A DNA stretch of 56,239 nt from an uncultured Alphaproteobacteria bacterium (GTDB taxonomy: Bacteria > Pseudomonadota > Alphaproteobacteria > HIMB59 > GCA-002718135). Shown piece after piece: positions 30,294-38,997 of this stretch. Position numbers and translations under genes: made by a program. The stretch lies in NCBI GenBank assembly GCA_902541435.1, contig CACBQR010000001.1, forward strand, positions 1 through 56,239, given 5' to 3'. The notes under the pieces were generated by a model. It was not told the DNA's origin. It saw only the letters and a program-made list of their open reading frames with translations, and ran no database searches. Position 1 is the first letter of the stretch; each line of letters starts with the position of its first letter.

Positions 30294-30521
30294 TTGAATT
30301 CAAACAAACTTTTAGAATGGATTGGCGTAACTACAGCAATCCTCTATTCCCTACTAGTTGCATTTAACATTGGATTAGAATTTATTGGCTTTTCATTATT
30401 ATTGCTATCAGCAGTGTTAATTGGAATCTGGGCCTATAAATTAAAACACAATGGAATATTGTTTTTACAATTTTTTTATGCAGGTGCAGGTATTATAGGA
30501 ATGTATAGATGGTTTGGATAA
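30294..30521 (+). CDS. Small hypothetical membrane protein (2-3 TM segments)
   Basis: 75 aa and hydrophobic. TTG start 7 nt after the cspA stop. Overlaps the next ORF by 13 nt. No family recognised. Confidence 0.45.
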   Translation: MNSNKLLEWIGVTTAILYSLLVAFNIGLEFIGFSLLLLSAVLIGIWAYKLKHNGILFLQFFYAGAGIIGMYRWFG

Positions 30522-30757
30522 AAATATTTTTTTTATTTTTACTTTTATATTCTTCAATTGCATATTCTTCTGAATTAAATGAAGAAGAAGAAATGTACTT
30601 TAATTTTGTTGATTTAAATAATGATGGAGATATTTCATATGAAGAAATTGAACAATCATTAAATTTACTCTTTCAAATTATAGATCTGAATCAAGATAAT
30701 AAAATTTCTCAAAATGAGATAAATGAATTAAAACACATAATTGAATCTTTAAGATGA
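30509..30757 (+). CDS. Secreted two-EF-hand calcium-binding protein
   Basis: 82 aa. Signal peptide MVWIKIFFLFLLLYSSIAYS. Two canonical 12-residue EF loops, DLNNDGDISYEE and DLNQDNKISQNE. Confidence 0.7.
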   Translation: MVWIKIFFLFLLLYSSIAYSSELNEEEEMYFNFVDLNNDGDISYEEIEQSLNLLFQIIDLNQDNKISQNEINELKHIIESLR

Positions 30758-31497
30758 GTATTTGGGGAAGAGTTATAGGCGGAGCAGCAGGATTTGCTTT
30801 AGGAGGACCTATAGGGGCTATCTTAGGTGTAATGGCTGGTGGTGCTTTAGACAGAAGATCTAAATCAAAATCATCATTTAACTTCAATCGAATAAATAAT
30901 AATCAAAAACAACAAATTTTTACATTAAGTTTTATTATTCTAGCTGCAAAATTAGCTAAATCAGATGGCATTGTATCAGATGATGAAATCAGAGCATTTA
31001 AAGAAAAATTTAAAGTTCCAAAATCTGAAATTCCTAAAGTTGCAAAAATATTCAATGAAGCAAAAAAAGATACGTATGGCTATAAACAAATAGCAAATCA
31101 AGTAGGAGATTTATTTTCAACTAATAAAATTTTATTGGAAGAATTATTAAATAATTTATTTTATATTGCTGCATCTGATGGAAAGGTATCTATTAGTGAA
31201 ATAGATTTTTTAAGATCAATTTCTAAATCGTTTAAATTTAGTGAAAAAGATTTTCAAAGAATTTTTCAATCAAATTTAAAAAATAGCGAATCTGATCCTT
31301 ACAAAATACTGGGTGTGAATAGATCAAGCACTGATAATGAGATAAGAAAAAAATGGATAAAATTAAATAAAGAACATCACCCCGATAATTTAATTGCTAA
31401 AGGTATGCCTAAAGAATTTATTAAACAATCTAATAAAGAATTAGCAGCTATTAATATTGCTTATGATAAAATTAAAGAAATTAGAGGAATTTCTTGA
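30754..31497 (+). CDS. djlA: DjlA-like co-chaperone (Gly-rich TM segment, TerB-like domain, C-terminal J domain)
   Basis: 247 aa. N-terminal GGAAGFALGGPIGAILGVMAGGAL segment. C-terminal J domain DPYKILGV...HHPD. ATGA overlap with the EF-hand gene. Confidence 0.75.
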   Translation: MSIWGRVIGGAAGFALGGPIGAILGVMAGGALDRRSKSKSSFNFNRINNNQKQQIFTLSFIILAAKLAKSDGIVSDDEIRAFKEKFKVPKSEIPKVAKIFNEAKKDTYGYKQIANQVGDLFSTNKILLEELLNNLFYIAASDGKVSISEIDFLRSISKSFKFSEKDFQRIFQSNLKNSESDPYKILGVNRSSTDNEIRKKWIKLNKEHHPDNLIAKGMPKEFIKQSNKELAAINIAYDKIKEIRGIS

Positions 31498-32465
31498 TAC
31501 CTAAAGATTTATCTGTCGATAATATTAGTAAAATTTATAAAAAAATTAGACCATTTATTAATCAAACCCCTTTTTTAAAGTGTCCTGATGATATTGATAA
31601 TTATTTTTCTACTAATTTATTTTTTAAATGCGAATTTTTACAAAAATCTGGTTCATTTAAGGCAAGAGGTGCTATTAATAATATAATTTCTCAAGATCAG
31701 AATAAATTTAACAAAGGAATTACAGCAGTTAGTGCTGGAAATCATGCAATTGCTGCTTCATTTGTTGCCAATCAATTTAATTTAAAAAATAAAATTTTCT
31801 TATACGAAAGTGCAAATAAATATAGAGTTCAAACTTGTAAAAATTATGGTGCTAACATTATATTTACAAATCCAAAACAAGCATTTCTTGATGCTGAAAA
31901 TGCTAAAAATGAAGGTTTCTATTTTATTCACCCGTTTGACGGGCCATTGACATTGCAAGGTAGTGCTACCTTGGGATTAGAAATTGTAGAATATTTAAAA
32001 TCAATTAATACTAAAATTGACAATTTATTAATTTCAGTTGGAGGAGGTGGATTAATAAGTGGCGTTTCATCGTATGTAAAACAATTTTATCCTAAGATTA
32101 AAATTATTGGTGTTGAGCCTGAAAATGCTAATGGTTTAAATCAAAGTTTAAGAGTTAACAAACCACTAAATAATGTTAATGTAAATAGTATTGCTGACAG
32201 CCTTTCAGCACCTTTACATATGCAATATTCTTTTGATGTAGCAAAAGAAGTAATTGATGAAATGGTAACTGTTTCTGATGATCAAATGAAAAAATTTATG
32301 GTTTTTTGTTATAAAAAATTTAAGTTATTTCTTGAACCTGCATGTGTTGCTGGTCTTGCTGCTTTAAAATATAAAATCAATAATAAGCTTATTGGCAAAA
32401 ATACAATGGTGATATTGTGTGGCTCAAATATTGATAAAAAAACTTGGTCAGATTTAACTAATTAA
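31494..32465 (+). CDS. PLP-dependent serine/threonine dehydratase family protein (fold type II)
   Basis: 323 aa. PLP-lysine motif SGSFKARGA and Gly loop VGGGGLISG. TTG start overlaps the djlA stop. Confidence 0.75.
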   Translation: MIPKDLSVDNISKIYKKIRPFINQTPFLKCPDDIDNYFSTNLFFKCEFLQKSGSFKARGAINNIISQDQNKFNKGITAVSAGNHAIAASFVANQFNLKNKIFLYESANKYRVQTCKNYGANIIFTNPKQAFLDAENAKNEGFYFIHPFDGPLTLQGSATLGLEIVEYLKSINTKIDNLLISVGGGGLISGVSSYVKQFYPKIKIIGVEPENANGLNQSLRVNKPLNNVNVNSIADSLSAPLHMQYSFDVAKEVIDEMVTVSDDQMKKFMVFCYKKFKLFLEPACVAGLAALKYKINNKLIGKNTMVILCGSNIDKKTWSDLTN

Positions 32466-33568
32466 TCTGGAAAATATAAAATACCACCACTTAAATTCTT
32501 TTTCACACCTGTAGTATTTTTATTACTTATATCTAAATTTTTAAATGATCTCATGCCAATATATGCAAACATTTGAGCTTCTACTAAATCACCATTTATT
32601 TTATATTTATCAATAAGTTCAATCTTTTTATTCAGTTTATTCATTAATATTTGTTTGAGTAATTTATTTTTTCTTCCTCCTCCAGTAAGTAAAATTCTTT
32701 CAATCTTAAATTTTTTATTTTTTAATAATTCTTTAAATCCAATATAAGTCATGTAGTTAGCAGTCATTAGCGCATCATATTTGTTCAATTTAATTAGCTT
32801 ATTAAAATATTTTCTAAAATAATTTCTATCTAATGATTTTGGGAACTTTTTCTTAAAGAATTTGTCTTTTTTGAATTTTTCGATTAATTTATTATCAATC
32901 TTACCTTTTCTTGCATAATTTCCATCATTATCAAATTTTTTTTTAAAAAAATAATTGCAAAGATCATCACTTAAGCAATTTGCAGGCCCTATATCTGATG
33001 ATAATAATGTTCTTGAAACTACAGTTGAAAAATTTGCTATACCTCCAAGATTTACTATAATCGCTTTTTCCTTAAATTTTTGTATTAAAAACTTATGATA
33101 ATATGATCCAATTGGTGCTCCCTGACCACCATTTTTAATATCATTATCTCTTAAATTACTTATAGTTTTAACTTTAAGATTTTTTGCAATTTTGTTTCCA
33201 TTTCCTAATTGTATAGATATTTTATTTGATGGGTCGTGGTAAACAGTTTGTCCACTAATTGATATTAAATCGATATTTTTTTTATTAATTTTTTTTTGTT
33301 TAAGAAATAAAATTATTTTTTTTTCTAAAATATCTGTAACGAAATCATCTTTTTTAAAAAAATATTCTTTAATTTTATTATTACTTTTTGGTTTATTTAA
33401 TATTAGATTGTTTATTGTATTTTGATAATTTTTATCAAATTTATATGATTTTTCATATTTTATTTTTACAAAGTTAGTCCCATTTGTATTAATCAAACTG
33501 ATATCAACGCCATCCATTGATGTGCCTGTCATAATTCCTAAGACATTAAGTTTTGAATTTTTACTCAT
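32462..33568 (-). CDS. anmK: Anhydro-N-acetylmuramic acid kinase
   Basis: 368 aa. N-terminal LGIMTGTSMDGVD motif and the LTGGG motif of the AnmK family. Confidence 0.8.
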   Translation of the reverse strand: MSKNSKLNVLGIMTGTSMDGVDISLINTNGTNFVKIKYEKSYKFDKNYQNTINNLILNKPKSNNKIKEYFFKKDDFVTDILEKKIILFLKQKKINKKNIDLISISGQTVYHDPSNKISIQLGNGNKIAKNLKVKTISNLRDNDIKNGGQGAPIGSYYHKFLIQKFKEKAIIVNLGGIANFSTVVSRTLLSSDIGPANCLSDDLCNYFFKKKFDNDGNYARKGKIDNKLIEKFKKDKFFKKKFPKSLDRNYFRKYFNKLIKLNKYDALMTANYMTYIGFKELLKNKKFKIERILLTGGGRKNKLLKQILMNKLNKKIELIDKYKINGDLVEAQMFAYIGMRSFKNLDISNKNTTGVKKNLSGGILYFPD

Positions 33569-33689
33569 TTTTAATCAAATTTAATTTTGCACATTTTATT
33601 AACAAACATATCAACAAAAAAAGAATATTTACTTTTAAAAATACATTTTTTTATTGATTGATAAATAACAAATAGATAAATTAAGCATA

Positions 33690-33803
33690 ATTATTACACG
33701 CAAAGGTAATAATCAATTTAATAAAAGGAAACGATTATTAAATTGTATCGGGAGGAAATGCACGATACACAAAGGGGACCTAGCTTGCTGGGTCCTTTTT
33801 TTT
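33690..33803 (+). ncRNA. Candidate structured leader/riboswitch-like element or small RNA upstream of the deaminase gene
   Basis: Segment 33706-33714 has mutually exclusive 8-bp pairings with 33690-33697 or 33733-33740. Hairpin GTATCG(33745-50)/CGATAC(33763-68). Then a strong intrinsic terminator. Possible promoter: TTGATT 33654-59, 17-nt spacer, TAAATT 33677-82. No known riboswitch class recognised. Confidence 0.4.
33776..33803 (+). terminator. Rho-independent terminator inside a 5' intergenic region
   Basis: GGACCTAG (33776-83) pairs with CTGGGTCC (33888-95 read as 33788-33795; 8 bp, one G-U) around tetraloop CTTG. Eight T follow at 33796-33803. The other strand has no U-tract, so it is unidirectional. 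Confidence 0.75.
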
Positions 33804-33847
33804 GTTTTATGGACAAATCAATTAAATAAAGTATCAGACATCTCATA

Positions 33848-34420
33848 ATGATAACAAATTATGAAAGTATTTTAGATATTATTTTAGATGATCTAATACC
33901 ATTAACAAAAATTTCAATTAATAAAGGAAATAAAATATTTGGGGGATTTATTGTTAAAAAATCTGATCTAAGTCTTGTTTGTCTAGGTACAAACCAAGAA
34001 ATCAAAAATCCTTTATTTCACGGAGAAATTTCAACTCTTTTTAATTTATTTGAAAAAAAACTGTTTAATACAAAAGATTATTACTTCATAAGTACACATC
34101 AGCCTTGTTCTATGTGTTTATCAGCTATAACCTGGGCTGGATTTGACAATTTTTACTATTTTTTTTCCTATACCGACACAAAAGAAGGTTTTCATATTCC
34201 GCACGATCTTAAAATTTTGACGGAGGTATTTAAGATCAAAGATGGTAAATACAATATTAATAATGATTATTGGGAGAGTTTCTCAATTTTATCAGAAATT
34301 AAAAGATTAGGCATAGAGGGCTCATTATCAGATAAAATTTATCAGATCAAAGAAGAGTACCAAAAAATGTCAGAAATTTATCAAAAATCAAAAATTGATA
34401 ATAAAATTCCTCTAAATTAA
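33848..34420 (+). CDS. CDA-fold zinc deaminase (nucleoside/nucleobase or guanine-deaminase-like)
   Basis: 190 aa. H(G)E zinc/catalytic motif FHGEIS and PCSMCLSAI (PCxxC) motif. Confidence 0.65.
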   Translation: MITNYESILDIILDDLIPLTKISINKGNKIFGGFIVKKSDLSLVCLGTNQEIKNPLFHGEISTLFNLFEKKLFNTKDYYFISTHQPCSMCLSAITWAGFDNFYYFFSYTDTKEGFHIPHDLKILTEVFKIKDGKYNINNDYWESFSILSEIKRLGIEGSLSDKIYQIKEEYQKMSEIYQKSKIDNKIPLN

Positions 34421-34456
34421 TTGTTAAATTATAAAAATAAGTATACTAATAACTAA

Positions 34457-34592
34457 CGGGAGATACTGAAATTTCAGAGCCGAAGGAGCAACGACCCGGA
34501 AACTCTCAGGCACAATGGACCGTTAAAAAAAACTCTGGAAAAGAGCATTTAGCTCTACCGAAGGTGAAAAGCTCTCAGGTAAAAAGACAGAG
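34457..34592 (+). promoter_or_regulatory. Tandem glycine riboswitch
   Basis: Two aptamers with the conserved cores. Aptamer 1: CGGGAGA...AGCCGAAGGAGCAA...CTCTCAGGCACAATGGACCG. Aptamer 2: CTCTGGAAAAGAGC...CTACCGAAGGTGAAA...CTCTCAGGTAAAAAGACAGAG. Lies directly upstream of gcvT. Confidence 0.9.
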
Positions 34593-34612
34593 GGGTAGCT
34601 TGGAGAATTTAT

Positions 34613-35737
34613 TTGAACCAGTTACCAATAGACATTCCGCTGAAAAATTTTCATCAAAATAATGGTGCAAAGATATTGCCATTTGCAGGTTTTAATATGC
34701 CTATTAATTATAAAACTGGAATAATTAATGAACACAAAAACGTTAGAAATCATTCTGGTATTTTTGATGTTAGTCACATGGGGCAAATTTTAATTGAAAA
34801 TAATGAAACTTATTTACATAAATTAGAAAAATATATTCCATTACAATTAAAAAAATTAATTAAAAATAGATCGCATTATTCATTTTTGCTCAATAAAGAT
34901 GGCGGTGTTATTGATGATCTAATTATTTCAAATATTGATATCAAAAATAAGCCATATTTGTATATTGTTTATAATGCATCTCGAAAAAAAGAAGACGAAG
35001 AAATATTTATTTCTTGTGCTCCTAATGCAGAAAAAATTTATATAAAAAATTGTTTATTCGCAATCCAAGGACCTGATTCTATTAATGTTTTAAAAAATGT
35101 TATTGATATTCCAGAAAATATGAATTTTTTTGATATTTTAATAAGTAAATACAATAACAATGAAATAATAATAAGTAGATCAGGTTATACTGGTGAAGAT
35201 GGTTTTGAACTTTCTATTCCAAATGAAAGTGCAGAAAATTTAATTACTCATGTACTTAAAAATGAAAATACAATGCTTTGTGGGTTAGGTTCTAGAGATT
35301 CATTAAGACTAGAGGCTGGATTAAGTTTATATGGTCATGAATTAAATGAAAAAATTACACCAATTGAAGCTGGTTTATCTTGGGCTTTAGATAAAGAAAG
35401 ATTAGAAGATGAAAATTTAAATGGAAATAAAGTTTTATCTGATCAATTAAAAAATAAACTATCTAATAAAAAAATAGGTTTAATTTCTACCAGTAAATCA
35501 ATGCTAAGAGATGGAATGACATTATTTGATAATAATAATAATGAAATTGGCAAAATTACAAGTGGATGTTTTTCTCCTAATCTAAACAAATCTATTGCTA
35601 TTGCTTATGTAACATCTGAATTTAATACTGATAATCCATTATTTTGTAAAATTAGAAAAAAATTAGAATTAGTAAAAATTAATAATCTACCTTTTGTAAA
35701 AAAAAATTATAGAAAAAATGGGAGCGTATATGAGTGA
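34613..35737 (+). CDS. gcvT: Glycine cleavage system T protein (aminomethyltransferase)
   Basis: 374 aa. FAGFNMPINY, FDVSHMGQ and RSGYTGEDGFE motifs. TTG start 6 nt after a GGAGA Shine-Dalgarno. Confidence 0.9.
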   Translation: MNQLPIDIPLKNFHQNNGAKILPFAGFNMPINYKTGIINEHKNVRNHSGIFDVSHMGQILIENNETYLHKLEKYIPLQLKKLIKNRSHYSFLLNKDGGVIDDLIISNIDIKNKPYLYIVYNASRKKEDEEIFISCAPNAEKIYIKNCLFAIQGPDSINVLKNVIDIPENMNFFDILISKYNNNEIIISRSGYTGEDGFELSIPNESAENLITHVLKNENTMLCGLGSRDSLRLEAGLSLYGHELNEKITPIEAGLSWALDKERLEDENLNGNKVLSDQLKNKLSNKKIGLISTSKSMLRDGMTLFDNNNNEIGKITSGCFSPNLNKSIAIAYVTSEFNTDNPLFCKIRKKLELVKINNLPFVKKNYRKNGSVYE

Positions 35738-36101
35738 AAAAAAATACACAAAAGATCATGAATGGGTTTCAATTGTAAATGAAATTGCTACAATTGGTAT
35801 TAGTAATCATGCCCAAGAATCTCTTGGCGATATTGTATTTATTGAATTACCATCAGTTGGAAATTCGGTAAAAGCAAAAGATGAAATATGTGTCGTTGAA
35901 TCTGTAAAGGCAGCCTCTGATATTTATGCTCCAATAGATGGTGAAATAATTGAAGTTAATAATAATTTAGAAAATGATGCTGCAATTATTAATCAAGATG
36001 CAGAAAACGAGGGATGGATTTTTAAAATGAAAATTTCTGATTCAAATCAATATTCTGAACTTATGTCAGAAGATGAATATAAACAATTTTTGGAACAATA
36101 G
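35730..36101 (+). CDS. gcvH: Glycine cleavage system H protein
   Basis: Lipoyl-lysine motif VESVKAASD. I prefer ATG 35730 (MSEKKYT...), preceded by GGGAG, over the track start at 35718. Confidence 0.9.
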   Translation: MSEKKYTKDHEWVSIVNEIATIGISNHAQESLGDIVFIELPSVGNSVKAKDEICVVESVKAASDIYAPIDGEIIEVNNNLENDAAIINQDAENEGWIFKMKISDSNQYSELMSEDEYKQFLEQ

Positions 36102-38954
36102 ATGATCGAAATAGATAAATTTGTTAGCAGACATATAGGGCCTAGAAATGAAGATATTGGTGAAATGCTCAAATTAATAAATTGCTCCTCATTAGAAGAA
36201 TTAATTAAAAAAACTGTACCTAATCATATCATCTTTAAAGATAAACTTAAATTTAGACCTGGTATGTCTGAGGAGTTTAATAAAATTAATACTCAACTTT
36301 TATCTTTAAAAAATAATTTCAAAAAAACTTATATTGGAATGGGTTATTACAACACTATTACACCTAGTGTTATTTTAAGAAATATTCTTGAAAATCCAGG
36401 ATGGTACACTGCTTACACACCTTATCAACCAGAAGTAAGTCAGGGCAGGTTGGAAATGTTAATGAATTTTCAACAAATGATAATTGATTTGACTGGAATG
36501 GATATAGCAAATGCATCTTTACTTGATGAAAGTACTGCGGCAGCTGAGGCTATGATGATGGCTTTTAAAATTAAAAAAAGTGCAAAGTTTACTTTTTGTA
36601 TTCAAAATAAATGCCATCCACAAACTCTATCTGTCTTAAAAACAAGAGCTAAACCCTTAGGTATAAAAATTATTTTTGATAATCCAGATGACGATACATT
36701 TGGTTGTTTAATTCAAAATCCAGATACATACGGAGAAATTGCAAATCTCAACGATTTAATAGATATAAATAAGTCTCACGATGCGTTATCAATCATAGCA
36801 GCTGATATAATGAGTTTGGTAGTTATGAAATCTCCAAAAGATTTTGGAGCTGATATAGTTGTTGGAAGTACTCAAAGGTTTGGGGTTCCAATGGGGCTAG
36901 GAGGTCCACACGCAGCATATTTTGCAACATTAGATGAATATAAAAGAATGATACCTGGAAGACTAATTGGTGTATCAGTTGATCGTACAAATAAAAGATC
37001 TTACAGAATGGCTCTTCAAACGCGTGAGCAACACATTAGAAGGGAAAAAGCTACAAGTAATATATGTACTGCACAAGCTTTATTAGCAATAATATCTGCT
37101 TCATATGCAATATATCATGGTCCAACTAGATTAAGAAATATTGCTGAGGACATTCATTATAAGTCTAGATATCTAAAGAAATCATTAGAGATATTAAATT
37201 TTGAAGTAAAATCTAAAAATTATTTTGATACATTATTAATAAAAGATACAAAATCTAAATACTGGGTAAATAAATCTATAGACAATGGTATAAATTTTAG
37301 ATTTGTAAATGACGATCACTTTTCTATTTCCTTAGATGAAACTACATCACTACAAGATGTAGATAATTTAATTAAATTTTTTAATGAAAACAATAATGAA
37401 ATATACGCAGAAGAAATTGAAAGTAAAATTGAAGATTCGATTTTCAAAAGTGATTTAGATAGAAAAGACAAAATATTAACTCATCCTGTATTTAATATCT
37501 ATCATTCTGAAACAGAAATGATGAGATATTTAAAAAAATTAGAAAATAAAGACGTTGCTTTAAATAGATCAATGATACCTCTAGGATCTTGTACTATGAA
37601 ACTAAATGCGGCATCTGAAATGCTTCCAATTACTTTACCAGGTTTTTCAAATGCGCATCCATTCTTAGAGCCCCATCAACGTGAGGGATATAATGAAATG
37701 ATGAGTGAATTAATATCGATGTTAAAAGATATTACCGGTTTTGATGCAGTTTCACTTCAACCTAATGCAGGAGCTCAAGGAGAGTTTGCTGGTTTATTAG
37801 CTATACAAAAATATCATGAAAAAAATTCAAATACTAAAAGAAATATTTGTATAATTCCTAAAAGCGCCCATGGAACTAATCCAGCCAGTGCGCAGATGTG
37901 CGGTATGGAAATTTTAATTGTTAACTGTGATGACAAAGGTAATGTAGATTTAACTCACTTAGATAAAAAAATAGAAGAGGCAGGTGATAGACTGTCTTCT
38001 TTAATGATTACATATCCATCAACACATGGTGTATTTGAGGAAAGTATTGTTGAGATTTGTAAAAAAATTCATGATGCTGGTGGGCAAGTGTATCTTGATG
38101 GCGCTAATTATAATGCAATGGTTGGTGTAGCTAAACCAGGTAAATTTGGACCTGATGTATGCCATATGAATCTCCATAAGACATTCTGCATACCTCATGG
38201 AGGAGGTGGACCTGGAGTTGGGGCTATAGGATTAAAAAAACATTTAGCAGATTTTGCTCCTGGACATCCCATGTTTAAAAATGAAATAGGTTTAACGACT
38301 CAGGAGGCAGTTTCCGCTGCACCTTGGGGAAGTGCATCTATTTTACCTATTTCATATTCTTATATATCTATGATGGGTGACGATGGTTTAAAATTAGCAA
38401 CTCAAGTAGCAATATTAAATGCTAATTATATTAAAGAAAGATTAAAAAATTATTACCCTATTTTATATACTGGTAAGAATAATATGGTGGCTCATGAATT
38501 CATTATTGATATCAGGCCATTTAAACAAGAATTAAATATTTCAGATGAAGATATTGCTAAAAGACTAATTGATTATGGATTTCATGCACCTACAATGTCT
38601 TTTCCTGTTCCTGGTACTCTTATGATTGAGCCTACTGAAAGTGAATCAAAAGAGGAACTAGATAGATTTTGTGAAGCAATGATTTCTATTCACAATGAAA
38701 TCACTATGATTAAAGATGGTAAATTTGATAAAATAGATAATCCTATAAAAAATGCACCACATACAATTGAAGAAGTATCTTCTGACAATTGGGATCACAA
38801 ATATTCACGTAAAGATGCTGCCTACCCACATGCTTATTTAATAAATAATAAATACTGGAGTCCAGTCAGTAGAATTGATAATGTATATGGTGATAGAAAT
38901 TTATTTTGTGTTTGCCCTCCAATTGATGAATATGAAGAGGCTAAAACAGGATAA
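36102..38954 (+). CDS. gcvP: Glycine dehydrogenase (decarboxylating), single-chain P protein
   Basis: 950 aa. Full-length GcvP pattern, including the PLP-lysine context HMNLHKTFCIPHGGGGPG. Confidence 0.95.
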   Translation: MIEIDKFVSRHIGPRNEDIGEMLKLINCSSLEELIKKTVPNHIIFKDKLKFRPGMSEEFNKINTQLLSLKNNFKKTYIGMGYYNTITPSVILRNILENPGWYTAYTPYQPEVSQGRLEMLMNFQQMIIDLTGMDIANASLLDESTAAAEAMMMAFKIKKSAKFTFCIQNKCHPQTLSVLKTRAKPLGIKIIFDNPDDDTFGCLIQNPDTYGEIANLNDLIDINKSHDALSIIAADIMSLVVMKSPKDFGADIVVGSTQRFGVPMGLGGPHAAYFATLDEYKRMIPGRLIGVSVDRTNKRSYRMALQTREQHIRREKATSNICTAQALLAIISASYAIYHGPTRLRNIAEDIHYKSRYLKKSLEILNFEVKSKNYFDTLLIKDTKSKYWVNKSIDNGINFRFVNDDHFSISLDETTSLQDVDNLIKFFNENNNEIYAEEIESKIEDSIFKSDLDRKDKILTHPVFNIYHSETEMMRYLKKLENKDVALNRSMIPLGSCTMKLNAASEMLPITLPGFSNAHPFLEPHQREGYNEMMSELISMLKDITGFDAVSLQPNAGAQGEFAGLLAIQKYHEKNSNTKRNICIIPKSAHGTNPASAQMCGMEILIVNCDDKGNVDLTHLDKKIEEAGDRLSSLMITYPSTHGVFEESIVEICKKIHDAGGQVYLDGANYNAMVGVAKPGKFGPDVCHMNLHKTFCIPHGGGGPGVGAIGLKKHLADFAPGHPMFKNEIGLTTQEAVSAAPWGSASILPISYSYISMMGDDGLKLATQVAILNANYIKERLKNYYPILYTGKNNMVAHEFIIDIRPFKQELNISDEDIAKRLIDYGFHAPTMSFPVPGTLMIEPTESESKEELDRFCEAMISIHNEITMIKDGKFDKIDNPIKNAPHTIEEVSSDNWDHKYSRKDAAYPHAYLINNKYWSPVSRIDNVYGDRNLFCVCPPIDEYEEAKTG

Positions 38955-38982
38955 TTATTATTTATCAATTATTTAAAATATT
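38951..38982 (+). repeat. Copy B of the 31/32-nt near-identical intergenic repeat
   Basis: ataattattatttatcaattatttaaaatatt. Includes the gcvP stop codon (38952-38954) and ends 15 nt before the rseP ATG. Matches 9870-9900 except for one extra A. Confidence 0.85.
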
Positions 38983-38997
38983 AATTTAATAATAATT

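Noticed and set aside
30294-30521. Assignment of the 75-aa membrane ORF to a known small-transporter family (SemiSWEET/PnuC-like)
   Set aside because: I could not identify any diagnostic motif, such as PQ-loop or PnuC W motifs. It is left as hypothetical.
33758-33829. 23-codon ORF (MHDTQRGPSLLGPFFCFMDKSIK) inside the structured leader, preceded by GGAGG
   Set aside because: Only 2 nt separate GGAGG from the ATG, which is too short for a functional Shine-Dalgarno. The ORF also reads straight through the terminator hairpin and T-tract. It is more likely coincidental, though a leader-peptide attenuator cannot be fully excluded.
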